Below, piece by piece: positions 37,701-46,195 of a stretch of 64,000 nucleotides of DNA. Each line of letters begins with the position of its first letter. Within the stretch, counting starts at the first letter, position 1. The notes beneath the pieces were generated by a model. The model was given only the letters and a program-made list of their open reading frames with translations, made no database searches and was not told the origin of the DNA. Made by a program: the position numbers and the translations under genes. The DNA comes from an uncultured Planctomycetales bacterium (GTDB taxonomy: Bacteria; Omnitrophota; Gorgyraeia; Zapsychrales; JANLHA01). The stretch covers positions 12,606-76,605 of the forward strand of contig CAYYRJ010000010.1 in assembly GCA_964474085.1 (NCBI GenBank). The letters are read 5' to 3'.

Positions 37701-38467
37701 TATTTCCTCAAAAGAGTGCTGTGGACAAAGAAACTATTCGCGTGATGACTTATAATGTCCACTCCTGTATCGGCATGGACGGCAAAATTTCGCCAGAGCG
37801 CATTGCGCGTGTCATCGGACGCCATCAGCCGGATATTGTAGCGCTCCAAGAGTTGGACTTAGGCCGCAAGCGCACTGGGCAAATCGATCAGCCGCAGCTT
37901 ATTGCCAAGGAATTAGAAATGCATTATCACTTTCATCCGTCAGTCATTGTCGACGAAGAACATTACGGCAATGCGATTCTTAGCCGATATCCGCTGGATC
38001 TTGTCCGTGGTGGACATTTGCCGGAAATTGCCCGGCATCGGATGGTCGAACGCCGCGGCGCGATTTGGGCAACAGTCAATATCGGTAAAACAAGGATTAA
38101 TTTCTTTAATACGCATTTTGGTCTTCTGCCGCGTGAGGCGATTTTGCAGGCGCAGGCACTGCTGGGGGCAGAGTGGATTTCTCATTTCGTCTGTCAGGGG
38201 CCGGTTATTTTGTGCGGAGACTTTAATTCTTTACCTAATTCGCAGGTCTGCCGCGATATTAAAAAAGTCTTGCGCGATGCCCAAGGAGAATTGGACAATC
38301 ATCGTCCTAAATCGACGTGGTTTAGCCATTATCCGATCGGCCGGATTGATCATGTCTTTGTCAGTCCGGATATTGAAGTGACTCATGTTGAAGTTTCCCG
38401 CAGCGATTTAGACAAGCTCGCTTCAGATCACCTGCCGCTTATTGTGGACATTAAATTAAAGAAATAG
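34775..38467 (+). CDS. 1230-aa fusion: GT4 glycosyltransferase + AlkP-superfamily phosphodiesterase (NPP/PglZ-like) + endonuclease/exonuclease/phosphatase (EEP) domain
   Basis: GT4 region: ETQGIVLVEAMAAGAAVVALDAPG. Middle region: IQIDGFSGGQF...MPFLKGL...PSSTPS...YSDHG. C-terminal region: MTYNVHS...ALQELD...GDFNS...IDHVFVS. ATGA overlap with the upstream gene. Confidence 0.7.
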   Translation: MKILMMTNSYAPMVGGIEESIRSFSAEFEKLGHEVMIVAPECEGAPLDEVGVIRLRAIQNFNNSDFSIALPMSSLLPELIKTFKPDIIHSHYPFWMGSIALRLSGQFKIPLVFTYHTMFEQHMHYLPVQNEGVQRFIVEIFAGYANLANQVVVPSESVRVILLERGVKTPIAVVPTGVDLQRFSRGDGKVVRHRLGIAQDAPLIGYVGRLALEKNLEFLSSAVAAYLKQETSAHFVVGGDGPLKELIQKIFDEQGVGKRLHFAGVLKGQDLVDCYQAMNVFAFASLSETQGIVLVEAMAAGAAVVALDAPGVREVLKDGYNGRLVFGENKNNFVEALSWCLKLPANEFVRIKENAKTTSKEFSVNSCALRMLKTYDEVLVKEYSSPDYKNSPWDALAGRLKNEWDMFKNVLESGTSAIVDTSSLPKPLVKKARGLFLRLPRLLSLSEWSAKLLRLPRTQDTQTDPGLVLIQIDGFSGGQFKKAIEQGKMPFLKGLLQKQYYTLYPQYPGLPSSTPSVQGELFYGVKQIVPAFAFWDRETQKIFRMYDGPAVLEIERRLAAQGQGLLAEGSSYSNIYSGGAMQSHFCATSLGWSKIWKEINPLNFFILILTHFPSFVRMMALTAWEMILGAVDFGWGILRGENFKNEFKFIYLRALICVLLRELVTLGVKIDIVRGLPIIHVNLLGYDELAHHSGPSSTSAHWSLKGIDRAIEKIYGKALHSSARSYDVWIYSDHGQEDTVSYAAKYKRSIEEAVAEVYKEFDATAQFSVVDKTSEQLQRARFLGFSFLEKFFSGVSFPKENLLENKLIVTAIGPTGNIYLPRQMSLEEKCRFAQCLVAKAYIPVVMFVDEQGKVRVWTDQGEFCLPQDAKTILGADHPYLAAVTEDIIALCQHKNAGDFTLMGYQPNKKPMSFPLENGSHAGPAPKETDGFALLPKDIIPRQRTREYITPMDLRFAALRFLKRSVPKENKSYPEIIFPQKSAVDKETIRVMTYNVHSCIGMDGKISPERIARVIGRHQPDIVALQELDLGRKRTGQIDQPQLIAKELEMHYHFHPSVIVDEEHYGNAILSRYPLDLVRGGHLPEIARHRMVERRGAIWATVNIGKTRINFFNTHFGLLPREAILQAQALLGAEWISHFVCQGPVILCGDFNSLPNSQVCRDIKKVLRDAQGELDNHRPKSTWFSHYPIGRIDHVFVSPDIEVTHVEVSRSDLDKLASDHLPLIVDIKLKK

Positions 38468-38540
38468 TTCTTTTAAAGGAATATTGTGATGTAAAATTCT
38501 TTTCGTATTCTAAACTTTCATAAATCGTAGTGAGGTTTTT

Positions 38541-40184
38541 ATGCGTATTTTGATTGTAGGCGGTGTTGCCGGCGGAGCTTCTGCAGCGGCGCGGGCGCGC
38601 AGGTTGTCGGAGGATGCAGAGATCATTATTTTTGAACGCACCGAGCATGTGTCTTTTGCTAACTGCGGCTTGCCGTATCATGTCGGTGGGGTCATTAAGG
38701 AAAGGGCAAAGCTTTTGGTCCAAACTCCCGAGTCATTGTATCGGCGCTTTCGTATCACAACAAAAGTTAAGACGGAAGTTTTGTCGATTGACCGTTCGCA
38801 AAAAAATATTACCGTCAAAAATTTGGTCACAGGACAAGAGTCCAAAGAGGCGTATGATTTTTTGATTTTAAGTCCCGGCGCGGATCCGATCAAGCCGCCT
38901 ATGCCTGGCTTAGGTTTACCGCAGGTTTTGACTTTGCGCAATTTAGCGGACATGGATAAGATTATCGCGAAGATTGCGCAGGGTAAGGCCCAAAAAGCGC
39001 TGGTCGTTGGCGGAGGATACATTGGTTTGGAAATGACTGAGGCTTTGTGCGAACGTGGACTTCGGGTGACGATCGTTGAGCTTTCGTCGCAGGTGATGGG
39101 GCCCTGCGATCCTGAGATGGCGTACTATTTACATCAAGAGCTGACTAAACATGGGGTTGAATTAAAATTTGGTGTTTCGGTCAAAAGTTTTTCTCAGGCT
39201 TCTGATGGTGTTTTGGCAGAATTAAGCGATGGGCAGTCGATCACATGTGATTTTGTTATTTTAGCTATTGGCGTTAAGCCCGACGTAAGTCTAGCCAAAA
39301 ACGCAGGGTTAACAATCGGTGAGCGCGGCGGCATTGTTGTCAATGACAAGATGCAGACAAATGACCCGAGCATTTTTGCCGTCGGGGATGCGATTGAAGT
39401 TGAGGAATTTGTGACTGGCACAAAAGCTTTGATCCCTTTGGCGGGGCCGGCTAACCGGCAAGGTCGTATTGCGTCAGATAATATTTTTGGCCGCAACGTG
39501 ATTTACAAAAAGACTCAAGGCACAGCAATTTGCAAATTGTTTGATCTGACGATCGGCATGACGGGAGTTAATGAAAAGATTTTAAAACGGATGAATATGC
39601 TTTACGAAAAAGTTTATATTCACCCTAATCATCATGCCAGCTATTATCCGGGCGCTGTGCCAATGAGCATGAAGTTACTTTTTGATCCTAAGAGCGGAAA
39701 AATTTTAGGAGCTCAAGCTGTCGCAAGCCAAGGCGTCGATAAGCGCATTGATGTTTTGGCGGTGGCTCTGCGGGCGGGGATGACGGTTTATGATTTAGAA
39801 AATTTAGAGCTCTGTTATGCTCCGCCGTATGGCGCGGCCAAAGATCCGGTTAACTTTTTGGGATTTGTTGCGGCCAATTTGCTTAAAGGCGATTTTAAAC
39901 AGTGTCACAGCGACGATATAAAATCATTAAAGCCGGACCAAATTATTTTAGATGTCAGGTCAGCCAAAGAAGCGCAAGCCGGCATGATTGCAGGGGCCGT
40001 GAATATTCCCGTCGATGATTTGAGGGACAAGTTGCGAGAGCTTTCAAAGGACATAGAATATTTAACGTATTGTCAGGTGGGTTTGCGCGGCTATCTGGCG
40101 TGCCGGATACTGATGCAAAACGGCTTTAAATGCCGAAACCTCTCCGGCGGGTATCAAACGTATAAATCGACTTTAGGTGATTGA
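38541..40184 (+). CDS. CoA-disulfide reductase / NADH-dependent persulfide reductase with C-terminal rhodanese domain
   Basis: FAD-binding VGGVAGGASAA, redox-active SFANCGLPY, and a rhodanese active site YCQVGLRG. Confidence 0.85.
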   Translation: MRILIVGGVAGGASAAARARRLSEDAEIIIFERTEHVSFANCGLPYHVGGVIKERAKLLVQTPESLYRRFRITTKVKTEVLSIDRSQKNITVKNLVTGQESKEAYDFLILSPGADPIKPPMPGLGLPQVLTLRNLADMDKIIAKIAQGKAQKALVVGGGYIGLEMTEALCERGLRVTIVELSSQVMGPCDPEMAYYLHQELTKHGVELKFGVSVKSFSQASDGVLAELSDGQSITCDFVILAIGVKPDVSLAKNAGLTIGERGGIVVNDKMQTNDPSIFAVGDAIEVEEFVTGTKALIPLAGPANRQGRIASDNIFGRNVIYKKTQGTAICKLFDLTIGMTGVNEKILKRMNMLYEKVYIHPNHHASYYPGAVPMSMKLLFDPKSGKILGAQAVASQGVDKRIDVLAVALRAGMTVYDLENLELCYAPPYGAAKDPVNFLGFVAANLLKGDFKQCHSDDIKSLKPDQIILDVRSAKEAQAGMIAGAVNIPVDDLRDKLRELSKDIEYLTYCQVGLRGYLACRILMQNGFKCRNLSGGYQTYKSTLGD

Positions 40185-40185
40185 T

Positions 40186-40599
40186 ATGAATAGCGTTTAT
40201 TTGTGCGGATTTTTAGGCGGGATGCTCATTGGCGCTGCTGCTGTTTTGTTGTTTTGGTTTAACGGCCGGATTATGGGAGTCAGCGCTATCAGCTCAAAAC
40301 TATTGGGTAAGCCGGACAAAGATTTTTTGTGGCGTTTGGCTTTTGTCTTGGGGCTTGTCGTGGGGGGATTTTTATATCAGCTTAAATTTCCGGTTGTTGC
40401 CGTTATCAAAGCCGATGTTGGGACTTTGATCATCGCTGGATTGCTTGTGGGATTTGGAACCGTGTTGGGCAACGGCTGCACGAGCGGGCATGGGATTTGT
40501 GGCATGGCAAGGTTCTCTAAGCGTTCAATCGCCGCAACCCTTAGCTTTATGGCAGCCGGGATTTTGACAGTGGCCATTAAGAATATGTTGGGAGGTTAA
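40186..40599 (+). CDS. YeeE/YedE sulfur-transport family protein, half-size (part 1)
   Basis: GNGCTSGHG motif. Alternative GTG start at 40177. Confidence 0.75.
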   Translation: MNSVYLCGFLGGMLIGAAAVLLFWFNGRIMGVSAISSKLLGKPDKDFLWRLAFVLGLVVGGFLYQLKFPVVAVIKADVGTLIIAGLLVGFGTVLGNGCTSGHGICGMARFSKRSIAATLSFMAAGILTVAIKNMLGG

Positions 40600-41004
40600 A
40601 TGACAAGTATCGTTGCTTTTTTTTGCGGGCTTATCATGTCTTTGGGCTTGATTATTTCTGGCATGGTCAATCCGCAAAAGGTGATTGGGTTTTTGGATAT
40701 GTTTAGACATTTTGACCCGACCCTGGCCTTTGTTATGGCGGGCGCTTTGCTGGTTGCGGCCGTCGGGTTTCGTCTCGTCGGATGCGGTAAGCCGTTATTG
40801 TGTGAGTGTTTTGATTTACCTAAAAAAAATAAAATTGATGCCCCGCTGATTATAGGCGCCGTAATTTTTGGTGTTGGCTGGGGCTTGGCCGGGTTTTGTC
40901 CGGGGCCGGCGATTGTTGGCGTAGGGTTAGGGTTACCTTACGCTGGTGTTTTTGTGCTGGCTATGCTTTTGGGGATGTTTTTTGCCAGAAAGGTTTTAAA
41001 ATGA
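40600..41004 (+). CDS. YeeE/YedE sulfur-transport family protein, half-size (part 2)
   Basis: Homologous half encoded as a separate gene. GGAGG RBS. Confidence 0.75.
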   Translation: MTSIVAFFCGLIMSLGLIISGMVNPQKVIGFLDMFRHFDPTLAFVMAGALLVAAVGFRLVGCGKPLLCECFDLPKKNKIDAPLIIGAVIFGVGWGLAGFCPGPAIVGVGLGLPYAGVFVLAMLLGMFFARKVLK

Positions 41005-42872
41005 TGAGTTCCATATTTAAAAAATTACTCAAATATGACAAAGAAATTTATATTGCCGCTCTGGCTGTCATTGGCATCAGCGCGTATCTTGTTTTGCATT
41101 TTGCTCTCAAAGTTTCTGCCCCGCTTGTTCATTGGCCGCTGTGGATTGTTCTTGTCGTCGGCGGTGCGCCTTTAGTATGGGATCTTTTTCTTAAACTGCT
41201 TAAACGTCAATTTGGTTCTGATCTTTTAGCGGGTATTTCTATCGTAGCTTCTGTTTGTTTAGGCGAATATTTGGCAGGGAGCCTGGTCGTTCTTATGCTC
41301 TCCGGCGGAGCGGCTTTGGAAAGTTTTGCCGTGGCCCGCGCTTCATCGGTACTCGCGGCCTTAGCCAAGCGCATGCCGAATAAGGCGCACCGCAAAAGCA
41401 CTCAAGGTGTCGTCGATATCACCATTGACCAGATTTCTATTGGCGATGAACTTGTTATTTTTCCCCACGAAATTTGTCCGGTCGACGGCAAGGTCAGCGA
41501 AGGCCATGGCACGATGGACGAATCCTACTTGACGGGTGAGCCGTTTATTATTTCAAAGGTCGTTGGATCCGATGTTTTATCCGGCGCAATTAATGGGGAA
41601 GCGTCCTTGACAATTAAGGCGACCAAACGTGCGGTCGATTCGCGGTATGCCAAGATCATGGAAGTCATGCGTGCCGCCGAGGAGAAACGTCCCAGTATTC
41701 AGCGGCTGGGCGATCAGCTGGGAGCTGTTTACACGCCGTTGGCTTTGGTTTTGGCAGCTGGCGCTTGGGGCTTAAGCCATGACCCGATGCGATTTTTGTC
41801 GGTTTTGGTCATTGCAACTCCTTGCCCGCTTCTTATTGCGATTCCGGTTGCTGTCATCGGGTCTATTTCCTTGAGTGCTCGACGAGGAATTATTATTAAA
41901 AACCCTGCGGTCTTAGAGCAGATTGACAATTGCCGTACTGTTATTCTGGATAAAACAGGCACATTGACCTACGGTCGGCCGACGGTAACAGAGGTCAATT
42001 GCTTTAATGGTTTTCAAAAGGACGAAGTTTTAAGATATGCCGCAAGTCTTGAACAGTATTCGAAACATCCTTTAGCTCACGCGATTGTTGATGCCGGGCA
42101 AAAATCCGGTTGCGGTCTGGTTGATGTTAACCAAATTAGTGAAGCCGCTGGAGAAGGTTTGCGCGGTATTGTCGACGGGCATAGCGCTTTGATTACCAGC
42201 CGCGCGAAATTGATCGCCCAAGGCAAACAAGAGTGGTTTAAAGATATAGTGCAAACCAGCGGTTTGGAATGTGTGCTGGTTATCGACGAAAAATTTGCAG
42301 CCCATTTTCGTTTCCATGATGAGCCGCGTATTGAGGGAAAATCATTTATCGATCACTTAAGCCCGCAACATAAAATCAATCGCGTTATGATCGTCTCCGG
42401 GGACCGCGAAAGCGAAGTTAAATATTTGGCCGAAAAAGTTGGGATTGATATTATCCATGCCGGTAAAAGTCCTGAGGAAAAAATCGAAATTGTCCGTCAG
42501 GAAACAAAGCTAGGGCCCACGATGTATTTAGGCGACGGTATTAATGATGCGCCGGCGTTGACAGCTGCGACGGTGGGGATTGCTTTTGGCCAAAATAGCG
42601 ACATTACCTCTGAGGCGGCTGGTGCGGTTATTATGGAAAGCTCGCTGACCAAAGTCGATGAGCTTATGCATATCAGCCGGCGGATGCGAAAAATTGCCTT
42701 GCAAAGCGCTGTCGGAGGTATGGCCTTGTCCGTCGTGGGGATGCTTTTAGCCGCTTTCGGGCATTTGACGCCGGTGGCTGGGGCTATTTCTCAAGAGATT
42801 ATCGACGTTTTTGCTGTGCTTAATGCTTTGCGCGCGGCTTTTCCGCCTAAAGACCTGACAGATTTTGCATAA
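41001..42872 (+). CDS. P1B-type metal-translocating ATPase with PCP transmembrane motif and no N-terminal HMA domain
   Basis: DKTGTLT and GDGINDAP motifs, IATPCPLLIA in TM6. ATGA overlap with the YeeE gene. Confidence 0.8.
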   Translation: MMSSIFKKLLKYDKEIYIAALAVIGISAYLVLHFALKVSAPLVHWPLWIVLVVGGAPLVWDLFLKLLKRQFGSDLLAGISIVASVCLGEYLAGSLVVLMLSGGAALESFAVARASSVLAALAKRMPNKAHRKSTQGVVDITIDQISIGDELVIFPHEICPVDGKVSEGHGTMDESYLTGEPFIISKVVGSDVLSGAINGEASLTIKATKRAVDSRYAKIMEVMRAAEEKRPSIQRLGDQLGAVYTPLALVLAAGAWGLSHDPMRFLSVLVIATPCPLLIAIPVAVIGSISLSARRGIIIKNPAVLEQIDNCRTVILDKTGTLTYGRPTVTEVNCFNGFQKDEVLRYAASLEQYSKHPLAHAIVDAGQKSGCGLVDVNQISEAAGEGLRGIVDGHSALITSRAKLIAQGKQEWFKDIVQTSGLECVLVIDEKFAAHFRFHDEPRIEGKSFIDHLSPQHKINRVMIVSGDRESEVKYLAEKVGIDIIHAGKSPEEKIEIVRQETKLGPTMYLGDGINDAPALTAATVGIAFGQNSDITSEAAGAVIMESSLTKVDELMHISRRMRKIALQSAVGGMALSVVGMLLAAFGHLTPVAGAISQEIIDVFAVLNALRAAFPPKDLTDFA

Positions 42873-42874
42873 AG

Positions 42875-43363
42875 ATGATGGAACAAATTCAATATCAGAT
42901 AAAATCAAAAGTCGGGCCGCTGTATCTGGTCGCTTCAAGACAAGGTTTGCGTGGGGTATTTTTTTGCAAGCAGAACGTCAAGGCAGTCCAACAACTTAAT
43001 CTCTTAAATCCCGTCGAGAAAGTCTTAGCGCAGGCTTCTGAGCAACTCGAAGAATATTTTGCAGGCAAGCGTCAGCAATTTGAACTCAACATTGATTTTG
43101 CAGGAACAGCTTTTCAAAAAAAAGTATGGCAAGCTTTGTCAAAAATTCCTTTTGGCCAAACTGTGTCTTATCGGGATATCGCCCAAAAAATTAAAAATCC
43201 TAAAGCGGTTCGTGCCGTAGGATCCGCCAATGGCAAAAATCCATTTTGCATTATCATTCCCTGTCACCGCGTCATTGCCGCCAACGGGACGCTTGGCGGT
43301 TATTCCGGTGGCCTTGCGATCAAGCGAAAGCTTCTAAAGCTCGAAGGCGGTCAATTTAAATAA
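42875..43363 (+). CDS. ogt: methylated-DNA--protein-cysteine methyltransferase
   Basis: IPCHRVI active site, 162 aa. Confidence 0.85.
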   Translation: MMEQIQYQIKSKVGPLYLVASRQGLRGVFFCKQNVKAVQQLNLLNPVEKVLAQASEQLEEYFAGKRQQFELNIDFAGTAFQKKVWQALSKIPFGQTVSYRDIAQKIKNPKAVRAVGSANGKNPFCIIIPCHRVIAANGTLGGYSGGLAIKRKLLKLEGGQFK

Positions 43364-43373
43364 GATGATGTTT

Positions 43374-43461
43374 GAGTTTAGCTGATTTGGAAATCCTTTT
43401 TAGGCGAATTGCGCCATAGAGGCGCGAAACAATTGAGCCTAAAAGGATTTTCAAATCGGCA
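43374..43461. repeat. ~90-bp palindromic repeat element, copy A
   Basis: gtttagctgatttgg...aggcgaattgcgccatagaggcgcgaaacaattgagcc...tcaaatcggc. The outer stem is ~22 bp. The whole element is approximately the reverse complement of copy B. Confidence 0.6.
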
Positions 43462-43498
43462 CAGATACAAATTTCTATATGGCATTAATTAAAAAGTT

Positions 43499-44866
43499 AT
43501 GTCGACTAAAATAAACAAGCCCGGCGGTATTTGGGAAATGGTTTTGATTGCGCTTCCTATGGTCGTTTCCTTTGCGTGCGACACGGTCATGACCTTTACC
43601 GACAGGTTGTTTCTTTCGCGCGTTGGGCCGCTTCATATGAACGCGGCGATGGCAGGCGGGATTTCGTATTTTTTTATGATGTCATTTTTTTTAGGGTTGA
43701 TCGGTTACGTTACGGCATTGACCGCACAATATCTTGGCGCCGGCCAAAAATCAAAGTGCAGCAAAGTTGTGACACAGGCTTTTTTTATTATTCTTATCGC
43801 GTATCCATTTTTGCTTTTAATTCGGTACCCTGCACTTAAGATTATTTCGGGGCTGGGCGTTTCCCCTGAGCAGTTTGCTTTGCAAAAAGAATATTTTGAC
43901 CTTTTGATGTTAGGGACGGTTTTTAGTTTGGGCCGGCACGCCTTAAGCAGTTTTTTCTCAGGCATCGGGCGCACTCGGCAAGTGATGACAGCGTCGCTTC
44001 TTGCGATGGTTGTGAATTGTTTTTTAAATTATTGTCTTATTTTTGGAAATTTGGGGTTTCCAAAGCTTGGCATCAAAGGCGCGGCTTTGGGGACGATACT
44101 CGCGTCAGCGAGCGCGTTTGTGTTTTTGTTGGTCGCTTATTTTAGGAAAGAGAATAGAAAAGAATTTGCGCTGACCGACTCGTTTGGGTTTGACCGCATC
44201 CTCATGAAAAAGTTGCTTGTCTTTGGTTACCCGGCGGGCGTGGAATTTGCCCTTAATATTTTGGCTTTTTCGGGAATTATTTTTCTTTTTCACGCCCAAG
44301 GAGCTGTCACAGCGACGGCTCTGACCATTGTTTTTAATTGGGACATGGTGACTTTTGTTCCTTTGATTGGCATTGAGGTCGGCGTCACAAGTCTCGTTGG
44401 CCGTTACAAAGGTGCAGGCGAGCTTAAAATTGCCCGACGTGCCGTACGCTCAGGCGTGACTTTAGGGTTGTTTTATTCGTGCGTGATGCTTGTGATTTTT
44501 ATTCTTTTTCCCGACGGGCTTGTTAACTTTTTTAGGCCGGATATCGCAAATGATATTTTTAGCGCGGCCTATCCGTTGGCTGTCTCAATGATAAAACTGG
44601 TGGCGGTTTATGTCATGGCCGAAGTGCTTTTGATTGTTTTTACCGGCGCTTTGCGCGGGGCAGGCGATACGTTTTGGGCGATGGTCATCTCCGTGAGCAT
44701 TCACTGGACGATACTTATTGTTTTGTATTTTGCTTTAAACTTTTTGCACGTTAGCGCCTATCAGGGGTGGGTGATTTTAGTCGTTATTTTTACGGCGATG
44801 GCGTTTTTGCCGTATGCACGCTACCGGACCGGCGCGTGGAAGAATATTAAAGTTATTGAAACTTAA
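43499..44866 (+). CDS. MATE-family multidrug efflux transporter
   Basis: 12 TM helices with a typical MATE N-terminus. Confidence 0.85.
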   Translation: MSTKINKPGGIWEMVLIALPMVVSFACDTVMTFTDRLFLSRVGPLHMNAAMAGGISYFFMMSFFLGLIGYVTALTAQYLGAGQKSKCSKVVTQAFFIILIAYPFLLLIRYPALKIISGLGVSPEQFALQKEYFDLLMLGTVFSLGRHALSSFFSGIGRTRQVMTASLLAMVVNCFLNYCLIFGNLGFPKLGIKGAALGTILASASAFVFLLVAYFRKENRKEFALTDSFGFDRILMKKLLVFGYPAGVEFALNILAFSGIIFLFHAQGAVTATALTIVFNWDMVTFVPLIGIEVGVTSLVGRYKGAGELKIARRAVRSGVTLGLFYSCVMLVIFILFPDGLVNFFRPDIANDIFSAAYPLAVSMIKLVAVYVMAEVLLIVFTGALRGAGDTFWAMVISVSIHWTILIVLYFALNFLHVSAYQGWVILVVIFTAMAFLPYARYRTGAWKNIKVIET

Positions 44867-46170
44867 ACGTTTTTGGCGACGAAGGCTTCGCTGATTTTGT
44901 TGCGGCGCAACTTGCGAACCGTGACCTGCAGACCATGGGTGTTGATGGTTTCTCCGGCTTTAAGCGGGGTAGGGCTTTGCCGTTCAAACCAGTCAGCCAA
45001 TTTTAAATTTGGCTCATCCGGCCAATTGACGCCTAAGGTTTTGGCAAGCGTGGACATGGCCACAGCGCCGCCGACTAGCCATTGATTGCCGTAAGCTAAA
45101 ATATGATGCGGCAGGCGGTCAAATTCATCTTCAATATCTCCGACGAGCTCTTCAATGATATCCTCTTGGGTCACCATCCCGATGATGTTGCTTTCGGCAT
45201 TTTCAACCAGACCAATATGCAGTTTTTCCTGGATCATCCGTTCCAAAACTTTTGAAATCGGGGTATTGTCGTTAAATTTAGGCAGGGGCCGGATAATACC
45301 TTTGATTGTGGGATCTTCCGGATTGATCCTAAGAGCGACAATAATGTCCTTAAAGTTGATGTAGCCTTGCACGGTTTGTAAGTCATTTCCGACGGCGCAC
45401 ACCGGAAAACGGGTATGCATATCCATATGCGCGCGCAAAAGGGCGTCCGAAAGCGTGCTGTTTTGCGGAATAATGCAGATGTCTGTCGAAGGGATCATGA
45501 TGTCTTTAATCGGCCGCAGGGAAAGTTGCGCGGCGGACAAAACGATTTTTTCCTGCTGTGCATCGATAAGCCGTGTCGTGCGTGCGACTGAAAGTGCGGC
45601 GGTTAATTCATGCAAACTACTTTCTGTATCAGAAGATGACGCCGGTGTCCGGGTTTTTCGGCTGATAAAGCGCATTGAGGCTTTGACAATATTTTCGATC
45701 GTTGAAATGATGGGATAAGCGATCAGTGTAAAATATTTCATGATCGTCGATAATTTGAGGATGACCCATTCGTTGTGTTTGAGAGCAAAGGTTTTGGGAA
45801 TAAGTTCGGCAAAAATGATCGTAAAAATACTCAAAGGAATAATCAGGACAACCAGACTTGCAACTTCGGAAAGCTGTGCCGACAAATTGAAATATTTTTG
45901 AAAATACGGATTAAGAAGTGTCGTGATGCCGGCTCCGCCTATCGCTGCAGCAATAGCCCCCACAAGCGTGATTCCAAGCTGCACGACGGCTAAGCTGGCT
46001 TCCATGCGGTCTTTCATAAATAACGCTTCAGCGGCGCCTGGTTTTTTGATTTGGACCAGATAGGTCAGTTTTGTCCGGGTGATGGAGGCTAAAGCCATTT
46101 CATAAGCGGCAAAAACGGCATTGAGGATAATCATCGTAAAAATAATAATGATTTCGGCTGTAAATTCCAT
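44863..46170 (-). CDS. CNNM/CorC/TlyC-family transporter (DUF21 + CBS pair + CorC_HlyC)
   Basis: 435 aa with 4 TM helices, a CBS pair and a C-terminal CorC domain. Confidence 0.85.
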   Translation of the reverse strand: MEFTAEIIIIFTMIILNAVFAAYEMALASITRTKLTYLVQIKKPGAAEALFMKDRMEASLAVVQLGITLVGAIAAAIGGAGITTLLNPYFQKYFNLSAQLSEVASLVVLIIPLSIFTIIFAELIPKTFALKHNEWVILKLSTIMKYFTLIAYPIISTIENIVKASMRFISRKTRTPASSSDTESSLHELTAALSVARTTRLIDAQQEKIVLSAAQLSLRPIKDIMIPSTDICIIPQNSTLSDALLRAHMDMHTRFPVCAVGNDLQTVQGYINFKDIIVALRINPEDPTIKGIIRPLPKFNDNTPISKVLERMIQEKLHIGLVENAESNIIGMVTQEDIIEELVGDIEDEFDRLPHHILAYGNQWLVGGAVAMSTLAKTLGVNWPDEPNLKLADWFERQSPTPLKAGETINTHGLQVTVRKLRRNKISEAFVAKNV

Positions 46171-46195
46171 TTAACGCTCCTGTTGAAAAACACGA

